This document shows positions 54,002 to 64,000 of a stretch of DNA of 64,000 bases, piece after piece. Where the stretch lies: the NCBI RefSeq assembly GCF_009914755.1, contig NC_060932.1. One strand, given 5' to 3'. Within the stretch, counting starts at the first letter, position 1; the number at the start of each line of letters is the position of its first letter. The notes under the pieces are model-generated. The model was not told the origin of the DNA. It did not search any database and saw only the letters and a program-made list of their open reading frames with translations. The stretch is from the human T2T-CHM13v2.0 reference genome, Homo sapiens. A program made the position numbers and the translations under genes.

Positions 54002-57000
54002 ATATATATGTATATATAGGCATATCTATGTTTTTGCAAAAGTAAGATCTTAGGTAACATCCAGTGGGACCAGTTAAAACATTCCTTAATTAAGACTCTT
54101 CAGATAAATCCTCTTTTCTGTCTACATAATGTGTAAACTAGAAGTCTACTAGTACACACATATAGGAGATATCAGAGATTGAGCTATAGGGACAAAATTT
54201 ATTTGGTGGAGATATAAGAGTCCTTATGCCCTCAACAAAACAACTATAGATCATTTTGATTTTTTTCCATTAAGGATCACCTAATATTACTTGTTTATTC
54301 TCTTTGTATCATAATCAGCTTGTAGGTAAAATAATATAATGCATTTCACATTTATTTCAACATCATTCCATGTAGTCTATTTACAATTATAGTTTGAGCC
54401 ATGTTTTTTGAGGATTGCCACTTTGAACATTTACTCCAACTAACCAATTGAATGTTGCATCCAATTTTATGCAAATAAGAAAGTCTATGTCACAACCTTT
54501 TAAAAAGTTATCTCCAAATATTAATGCATTGTAAATGACCTCTGTTAAACCAGGGGCCCTACATCATGGTTCACTTGCTATGCACATTCTCGATTTATTT
54601 ATCTTTCTTTATGATGTAAGACTTTTGGCATAGGCTTTGAATATTGTGTGCAATTTCAGACCAAAGCAGCTTTATATGAAACATGAATTCATATGAGGTA
54701 GCCTTATAATGAATGCTTTAAATCACTGTGAGCTCTGTAAATGAGAAACCCTACTTTCTTTGCTGTCTCTTGAGAACTTATTAAGACAGCAAACATGTTT
54801 TTGAGAGCAACCCAAATCATATGCAGAACACACTAGCCCTTGTATCAAGAAGAACCACTGCAGAGGAAAATACTATAACTTTTCAGCTAGGAAGTGGTAT
54901 TAGAGATACATCTAAGCTCAGTGGTTCTTTCCACTAGGACTGCCAATTCCTTGTGCTGGTTTGGGGTCTAAGTTAATTGATTCCCTGTATTAGTCTTTAA
55001 TGATGTGTACATCATTATAATCCAGTACACAGAAAATGTTGTGCTATCAGGAGATTTACTGATGCATACTGAAGCAAAAAGAGGTTACAACTGAATTTTT
55101 CTCCACATCTATATATCGTGAATAGGGCAAAGCAAACACTCTCCAAGCATTAATTCACATTTATTTTCCTGAAACCTGAAAAAGAAATATATCTTCATCT
55201 CAAGTGTTTCAGACATATTTAAGCTTTAAACGTATTTTCAAAATCTCTAAGTGGGTTAAATAGGCAAAAAATTCAGACATGACTTGATGTTTTCATTAAT
55301 CAAAAAATGTATCAAATGTTCAATAAATTAGTCAAGTCAGATTAGTGAATAAATGTTTAGAATTGTATTCAGAACCTGGATCCCAGGCATAGATTTAAGT
55401 TATAACATTAGAACTTCTCTAGACAGGTTGATAATTTTAATGACTTTGCAGTATTTTACACAGGGAACATGAGATAATGCATTTGAAAACTCCCTCTATG
55501 GATAAAGGCACAGAAAATCTTAGTTACTCTTACTCAAATATCATATAAATATGGGGCTGCATAGAAATGATGAATAAATAAGATAATTCATGTTAACGTG
55601 TTTAACAAATCATAGTGCCTTACTAAATATGTTTATATTTGTATGTCTATATTCACTCATTCATTTGATAATCAATGTAGTAATTCCCATATATATTCAA
55701 CAATTTTACACATGTAATAAATAGAAGGTCTCAGATAGTAAAGCAGTTCTATCTGACTCCAAAAATTGCTTTGATTCTCTAAATCATTGTAGACAAAGGA
55801 AATAATTTTCTAGTTAGGTTTAGAATTAATTTATCAGATAATTGTTTTGGACTAAAGATGAGTTCTCCTTGATCTAGGAAGGTAGTTTTTTAATAAGTTT
55901 ACCTTTTTGGGAGGGGATACACATAGAAAATCTTAGTAATCTTAGTGATGTCTACCCACATACTATAATCAGCTGAAACTGATAAACAGAAGACAGATTT
56001 CAGAGACAAATTACCTTCATATCTGGGTAGCTGATAACTAAATGTGGCCAGGAAGGGTGAATATAATTTTATCATCTCAAAAGTATGGAACTGTGGAATA
56101 GTGTAAATGACAGAGTAAGGCCCTCTAAAAATCTGTACCTCAATAAAAACAATGAGAAGAACTGGAAAAAGTGGTCAAGATGTGATTAAACATAAATTAA
56201 ACAAACTATAGAAAACAATATAAAAATCAATTAAACCAAAACCTTGTTCTTTGAAAAGATCAACAAAACTGACAAACTTTTAGCTAGATGGACCAAAAAA
56301 AGAGAATATGATGAGCAATTGTATGCCAACAATTTAAATAGCCTAGATGCAATGAATCAATTCCTGAGAGACATAAGAAATTGTCACAAGAATAAACAGA
56401 AAATGAGAAAGCCCTGTTGCAAATGGAGAGATTGGACCAGTAATCAAAAACTTAGGCCACAAATAAAAGCTTAGGCCAAAGTGCCTTCATTGGTTATTTT
56501 GACCAAACGTTTAATGAAACAACCCTTCACAAAACTCTTCCAAAAAGTCCAAGAAAAGGAAAGAGTTCCCAACTTACATAAGCCTGTACTACCCTGATAC
56601 CAAGCTAGACTAAAATATCACAGAAAGCTACAGACCAATATCCTTTCCAAATATAGACACAAAAGCATTCAACAAAATACTAGTAAACTTGATCCAGCAG
56701 CATATAAAAAGGATTTTATACCATGACCAAGTGGGACTTATCACAGATATGCAAAGCTGTTTCAGAATAGAAAACTTGTTTAATGTAACATACCATATTA
56801 AGAAAAAAAGACAAAATCTGCATGATTATCCCTAGAGACACACAGAAAATATTTAAGAAAACCAACACTCTTAATGACAAAAACATTCACAAAACTAAGG
56901 AGCAGAAACACACTTCCTCAATTTGACGTAGGGCATCTATGAAAACCATCAAAGCTAACATTATACTTAATAGTGAAACATTAGATGCTTTCTCTCTAAG

Positions 57001-57707
57001 ATCAGAAACAAGACAAGGAAATCTACTCTTGACACTTCTATTCACATTGTAGTAGAGACAATTAGGGAAGAAAAAAATAAAAACTATCTCTATTTACAGC
57101 TACCATGAACTTGAATATAGAAAATCCCAAGGAATTCCCTGAAAAATTACTAGAACTAAAACATGAGTTTTGTAGGTTTGCAGGTACAGTATCAATATAC
57201 AAAAATTAATTGTATTTCTATTCACTTACAATGAATAAATAGAAAATGAAGTAAATAAATTCAATGTATAAAGAATATAATGCAGAGAAATAAATTTAAC
57301 ATGTAAGTGCAAGAATTATACAGTGAATACTAAAAAACATTCTTGAAAGAAATTAAAGAAGATTCATACAAATGGAAAGACATTTTGTGTTTATGGTATA
57401 TGAAACTTAATTTTGAAGTTCTAATACTCCTCAAACTGGGCTTAAGATTTAGCTAAGCCACTATCAAAATTGTAGCTGCTTGTTTCTGCAAGAGTAATAA
57501 GCTGATTCTAAAACTTATATAAAAATTAAAGGCACACAAAATGGCCAAATGTTGAGAAAAGAAGAACAAAGTTGGAGGATGCACATATCCTGATTCCAAA
57601 ACTTACTATAAATCTATAGTGATCAAGACAGTGTGGTAATGGAATAAAAACAGACATATAGATTAATGGGTTAGAATTAAAAGTTTACAAATAAACACAT
57701 TTATGGT

Positions 57708-58104
57708 TACTATAGTTTGAGTGTGTCCCTTCCAAAATTAAGGTGTTAAAACTTAATGGCCAATGTGGTGATAGTAAGAGGTGCGGTTTGTAAGAGGTAA
57801 TTTGGTCTTGAGGGATCTGCTCTTTGTGAATGGGATTAAGGCCCTTATAAAAGAGGCTTCACGCAACAGTCAGCTCACTTGTCCTTCCATCTTCTGCCAT
57901 GTTAAGACACAGTGTTACTTCTGTCTGGGGATGCAGCAACAAGAAGCCATCTTGGAAGCAGAGGGCAGCCTTTACCAGAAAAACAAACCTGCCAGCACCT
58001 TGATACTGGACTTCCTAGCCTTCAGGATTGTGAGAATATTAATTAACTAATTAATCTCTGTTCTTTATAAATACTGTTTATAGTAGTACAAATAGACTAA
58101 GACA
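57708..58104 (+). mobile_element. MSTD-type solo LTR nested in L1
   Basis: gtgaatgggattaaggcccttataaaagaggcttcac...gccatcttggaagcagag...gactaagaca; TSD atggt/atgat. Confidence 0.88.
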
Positions 58105-58200
58105 ATGATTAAGTGTTTTTCTACAAGGATGCCAACAATCTAACGAAGGAAAAAAATAACATTTCCACAAATGATGTTGGGACAGCTGGATAACTACATG

Positions 58201-58281
58201 CAAAAGAATGAAATAGGACCTCTATCTCATACTATATACAAAAGAATGAAGTAGGACCTCTATCTCATACTATATACAAAA
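58201..58281. repeat. 38-bp tandem duplication inside L1
   Basis: caaaagaatgaaRtaggacctctatctcatactatata x2 plus caaaa; 1 mismatch. Confidence 0.95.
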
Positions 58282-60070
58282 ACTAATTCAAAATAGAGCA
58301 AAAATCTAACTGTAACAGCTGAAACTATAAAATTGTTAGAAGAAAATAGAGATTTAAGTCTTTGTGACCTTGAATTTGGCAACAGTTTTTTACATATGGC
58401 AATTAAAACACAAGCAGTGAATAAAAACTGAAATACATTAAACTTCATCAAAATTAAAAATGATTGTATATCAAAATAAACTATAAATGAAGTGAAAATA
58501 TAATCTAAAAATGAGAGACAATATTTGCTGTCAAGTATTTGATAAGAGACTTGAATCCGTATTATATAAAACACTTTTTTAACTTAACAATAAAAAGACA
58601 ATTAACCAATTAAAATATGGGCAAAGAACATATCTTCAAAGATATACAAATGGCTAATAAGAACATAGAAAGATGGCCAATATCATTAGCATCAGGGAAA
58701 TGTAAATCAGTATTATAATAAGTTACTATTTCACATCCACTAAGATGTTCATAATTAAATGTATGGACACTAACAAGAGTTGACAAGGATGTGGAGAAAT
58801 GGAAAGCATTTTATATTAGCGGTAGAAATGTAAAATGAGGCAGACGTTTTAGAAAATAGTTTGGCAGTATCTTCAGAAATAAAAAAAAAGTTTGACCATA
58901 TGACCTAGGAATTTTATTCCTACTTTCTACACAAGAGAATTGAAAACATATCCCAACAAACATGTCCACAAATATTCATAGCAACATTATTCATAATAAG
59001 CAAAAAAGCAAACAAATCAAATGTCCATCAGTTGATGTATTGTTAAACAAAATATGACTTATCCATACAATAAAATATTATTCATCCATAAAAAATAATG
59101 GTATACTGGTATGTGCTACAACATAGATAAACCTTGAAAACATTATGCTAAGTGAAAGAAGACAGAAACAAAAGACCACATAATGTATAAATCAATTTAT
59201 ATGAAATGTCCAGGATAGACAAATCCATAAAGACAGAAAGTATATTAGTGGTTTCCAGGGCCTAGAGGCAAGGGGGAATGTGATCTGGACACGGGGTTTT
59301 TTTATGAGGTAATACATTTTCTCTGAATTAGATAGTGGTGAGGGTTATACCAGTTTGTGACTATACTAACCCACTAATTGCATATTTTAATAACATACAT
59401 TTTATGGCATGTGAAATATCTCAAACAAACCAGCTGTTAAAATGTATGGGAATGCCTTAGGCTTTGCACATATCTTTTCATGAACTTGGAGTTGTTGATA
59501 CTCTAGGATATATGGTAAAGTAGAGAGCAGTGGAACAGAAGCTGGAAATGTGAATTAAGGTTAGCTTTTGAAGTATCTTCAATACCATGATAATTAATTC
59601 ATGCCCTTTTCTGTATAAAATTATTAACTGTCAAAGATTTTTAATGGGAAAAGTTACATAAATACATTCGCATGTTAGACAACTCTTTCTATAACATTTA
59701 GGGTGGATTAAAAAAGAAAATATCAGAGGACAATGAGACACTAAAAATGTTAATATAGTGGTTAAATGTATAATGATATTTTAATTATAATTGATTAATA
59801 TGGAATGTATTCAAGAGTTGATATACTACCAAGGGTTCAGGAATTCAAAGTGGCAATCCTTGGCTGGAAGGAAGTTAAATATGTCAGATCAGTCCAGGAG
59901 CCAAGCTTTGTTGAGAACAGTACCTCGGAGATGGAACACTGATTACTTTCATGAAGACACTGGGCAACCTGGAGTGACCTTTGTAGAGTTACTAAAACAA
60001 CTTCATCCAAAAATTTTTAACATGTGAAAAAAATAGTGCTGGCCAAGCTGCAGAGAGCCATTGCTCTGCC

Positions 60071-60432
60071 TATATTAGTCCGTTTTCATGCTGCTGATAA
60101 AGACATACCTGAGACTGGGTAATTTATAAAGAAAAAGAGTTTTAATGGACTCACAGTTCCACGTGGCTGGGGAGACCTCACAATCATGGCAGAAGGCAAA
60201 AGGCCATCTTACATGGCGGCAGACAAGAGAGAAGTGAGAACCAAGTGAAAGGGGTTTCTCCTTATAAAACCATCAGATCTCATGAGACTTATTCACTACC
60301 ATGAGAACAGCAAGGGGGAATCCGCTCCCATGATTCAATTATCTCCCACCGAGTCCCTCTCACAACACATGGGAATTATGAGAGCTACAGTTCAAGATGA
60401 AATTTGGCTGGGGACATGGCCAAACCATATCA
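60071..60432 (-). mobile_element. THE1B-type solo LTR
   Basis: tattagtccgttttcatgctgctgataaagacatacctgagactggg...ccaaaccatatca; perfect TSD ctgcc. Confidence 0.95.
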
Positions 60433-60514
60433 CTGCCTAAACTAATAAGAAAATAAGGAAGGAATATTATACTACAATTTTATTCAGAACCTGGAATTCT
60501 TTGGATCTATGTAA

Positions 60515-61110
60515 TCATTAATTAAACAAATATTCTTGCTCTTATTTTGGTGAGGCACTGTGTCAATTGCTGAGTGTTCAGTGGTAGGTAGAACAAGACA
60601 AATTTTATCCTTTCAGATACCTTGTTTTTTGTAGAAGAGACAAATATTAATTAAAGTTACACTAATGAATATGCAGTTACAAACTGAGATAAATAACTCT
60701 GAAGTACAAAAAATGGTTCTCTGAGAAGAATGAGAATATAGTATAGTCTCCTCTTATCAGCAAACATTATCTGAGGAACTGTTGATTGAACAGAGATTTA
60801 AAGAATCACTAAGAGATGTTGTAGCAATATTAAAAAAATAAAAAGGGGGCCTGCAAAGGAAGGCGTGGACCAAATCATTAACTCTGTAAAAGATTTGGGC
60901 CTTTTTTTTTTTCTTAAGAACAGCGAAGATTAAGCAAAAAGTTTGTGTGTGAGTATGTGTGTGTGTGTGTGTGCACGCGTGCTTCTGTGTATGTCTATGT
61001 TTTGGGGAAATAGAAAAGTCAAAATGAAGAATAAGTTGAAGGTAGAATGGAATAGAAGTAGTGGGCCATCAGAGAGCTGGCAATGATAGTTTCAATTAGG
61101 ATGGTGGCAG
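60515..61110 (-). mobile_element. L2 fragments
   Basis: ttaaacaaatattcttg...aggcactgtgtcaattgctgag...gaacaagaca; aattaggatggtggcagt. Confidence 0.55.
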
Positions 61111-61389
61111 TACAGGTTGCACCAGGCTTTACATTCCTGTGTTTTTACAGCCAACAACTAAAACACAAAACCTTCACTTCCATATTTCTTTGTACTGTCT
61201 GCCTCATTTTGTCCTACCATTCCTGACTTATCTCAGAATACTTGGCATCGTGCTTACATTTTGTTTCATTTTAAACATTCTCCTCAAGTATGTAACTGTT
61301 TCTTTGAAATATTGACTTTAATTGCTGTCAACTTCTCCTATAAAGATTCTATTTTCCCCATAGTCTTCTTTTTTTAAACATATACATAT

Positions 61390-61872
61390 ATTTTTTATTA
61401 TACTTTAAGTTCTAGGGTATATGTGCACAACGTGCAGGTTTGTTACATATGTATATATGTGCCATGTTGGTGTGCTGCACCCATTAACTCATCATTTACA
61501 TTAGGTATATCTCCTAATGCTATCCCTCCCCCCTCCCCCCACCCCACAACAGGCCCCAGTGTGTGATGTTCCCCTTCCTGTGTCCAAGTGTTCTCATTGT
61601 TCAATTCCCACCTATGAGTGAGAACATGCGATGTTTGGTTTTTTGTCCTTGCGATAGTTTGCTGAGAATGATGGTTTCCAGCTTCATCTATGTCCCTACA
61701 AAGGACATGAACTCATCATTTTTTATGGCTGCATACTATTCCATGGTGTATATGTGCCACACTTTCTTAATCCAGTCTATCACTGTTGGACATTTGGGCT
61801 GGTTCCAAGTCTTTGCTATTGTGAATAGTGCCACAATAAACATATGTGTGCATGTGTCTTTATAGCAGCATG
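61390..61872 (-). mobile_element. 5'-truncated L1PA (PA4/5-like) 3' end
   Basis: attatactttaagttctagggta...ggtttgttac...tttacattagg...gtgtctttatagcagcatga. Confidence 0.95.
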
Positions 61873-61894
61873 AAGAGATTGCATCTTTTTTCAT

Positions 61895-62187
61895 ATCTAA
61901 AAGTATCAGCAGGGTTAATTTCTTTTGAGGCCTCTTTTCTTAGCTTATAGATGGCTGTATTTTCCTTCTGTCTTTACAGGGTCTGTCCTCTGTCTTTATG
62001 TGCCTATTATTTAATTTCCTTTCCTTATCAGGTCATGAATCATATTGGGTTAAGGCCCACCAGTATGACCTCATTTTACCTTAATTATCACTTTAAAGGT
62101 CCTGTCTCCAAAGACAGTCACATTCTGAACTGGTGGATAGAACTTCAATGTAATAACTTTTGCAGGGACATGATTCAGCCCATAACA
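61895..62187 (-). mobile_element. MLT1B/C-type LTR fragment
   Basis: gaggcctcttttcttagcttatagatggc...atgacctcattttaccttaatta...attcagcccataaca. Confidence 0.85.
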
Positions 62188-62327
62188 TCAGATACGTACA
62201 TATAGATTTTAGCACCTGGAAGTGGGGTGATGTCACAGTAAATATCTAAAATGTAGGGATGGTTTTGGAAGCAGGAAGCAGGCTCTGAGGAAAGTACTAG
62301 TGAAAGCCTAAAATGCCTTAAGGTAGC

Positions 62328-62687
62328 TGTATTAATCTGTTTTCACACTGCTGATAAAGACATACCTGAGACTGGGCAATCTACCAAAGAAAGAGGTTTA
62401 GTGGACTCACAGTTCCATGTGGCTAGGGAGGCCTCACAATCATGGCAGAAGGTGAAAACACCTCTCACATGGTGGCAGACAAGAGAAGAGAATTTGTGCA
62501 GGGAAACTCCCCTTTATAAAACCATCCAATCTTGTGAGACTTATTTCCTATCAGGAGAATAGCATGGGAAAGACCTGCCCTCATGATTCAGTTACCTCCC
62601 ACAAAGTCCCTCCCATAAGATGAGGGAATTGTGAGAGTTACACAATTCAGTATGAGATTTGGGTGAGGACACAGCCAAACCATATCA
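62328..62687 (-). mobile_element. THE1B/C-type solo LTR
   Basis: tgtattaatctgttttcacactgctgataaagac...gacacagccaaaccatatca; perfect TSD gtagc. Confidence 0.95.
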
Positions 62688-63135
62688 GTAGCCCCCAAGG
62701 CTTTTATAAAGCTGTGCATGAGCTTTAATAAGGTCTTTAGTAAGGGCTTACAGGAAAGTGAGGTAAAAGTTACTCAAACTGAAAGAAGGAGGAACTGTAT
62801 TGTGTAGTAGCAGAAAGTTTAGCAATCCTCTTAGTGCAGTTCTGTGAAAAGCAGAAAATATGTCTAATTAACCATGTGATACAGCTAAGGGGATTTTCAA
62901 CCAGAGTTTTAAAAGTGCCATCAGCTTTGTGGTGCTAATAGTAAAATGTGAGAAGTGAGAGATAAACTAATGAAAGTATATAAAAAAGAAGTAAGCCAGG
63001 ACTTGATGATTTGAAAAAAAAATCTGCAGGTGGCAAATGATGTAAAAATTAAGAAATTACTTCTGAGCAAATATCCAATCTAGCAGACTGCCAGGAAAAT
63101 ATGGACCAAAGACGAAGTTAAAGGTGTGACTGTGA

Positions 63136-63663
<528 letters not shown>

Positions 63664-63714
63664 TAAATCCAAATAACATTCATAGGACACCCACGAAGTT
63701 TTTAAAAGAGTGAT

Positions 63715-64000
63715 TGCTATGGTTTTAATATTTATCCCTTCTAACACTCATGCTGAAATTAATCCCCAAAGTGGCAATATTGAGAGGTGGGGTCTTTCAG
63801 AGGTGATTGGGTCATGAAGGCTCTATGTTCATAAATTGATCAATCCATTAGTAGATTAATAGGTTATTGGATTAATGGAATATCACAGGAGTGGGACTGG
63901 TAGCTTTCTAAGAAGAGGAAGAGAGACCTGAGTTGGCACAGTCAGCACCTTTGTCCTGTGATACTCTGAACCACCTTGGGGCTCTGCAGAGAGTCCTGCC
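63715..64000 (+). mobile_element. MSTC/MLT1A1-type LTR, cut by the window edge
   Basis: tgctatggtt...ctcatgctgaaattaatcccca...gaggtgattgggtcatga...aagaggaagagagacctgag. Confidence 0.85.

Larger units (their letters stand above)
56200..59440 (+). mobile_element. L1MB (L1MB7/8-like) ORF2 and 3'UTR, disrupted
   Basis: FFEKINKTDKLLAR; ccatgaccaagtggga; 3'UTR aaccttgaaaacattatgctaagtgaaagaag...atatgaaatgtccaggatag. Confidence 0.9.

Overview
AT-rich, CpG-poor primate genomic DNA, most likely hominoid or human, since it carries AluY- and L1PA3-type insertions. Well over half of it is recognisable interspersed repeat: many L1s of all ages, six Alus, MaLR LTR elements (one full-length THE1D provirus, two solo THE1 LTRs, MLT1/MST LTRs), an old ERVL pol remnant, L2/MIR fossils and two DNA transposons (MER44/Tigger7, MADE1). 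I see no intact host protein-coding gene, RNA gene or CpG island, so the window looks like a gene desert or a large intron. Almost all ORFs in the track are transposon remnants or simple-repeat artefacts. I did not find a convincing new biological system. The signals that repeat classes do not explain are: (i) a ~190-bp inverted duplication about 87% identical, flanking a palindromic AT minisatellite (28283-29466); (ii) a near-perfect 141-bp fold-back hairpin (53861-54001); (iii) a well-formed 123-nt candidate exon in unique DNA (10139-10261); (iv) a twin-primed L1PA3 that creates a 295-aa chimeric ORF; (v) a scrambled old L1. Subfamily names come from recalled consensus sequences, not a RepeatMasker run, and boundaries of old repeats are approximate.
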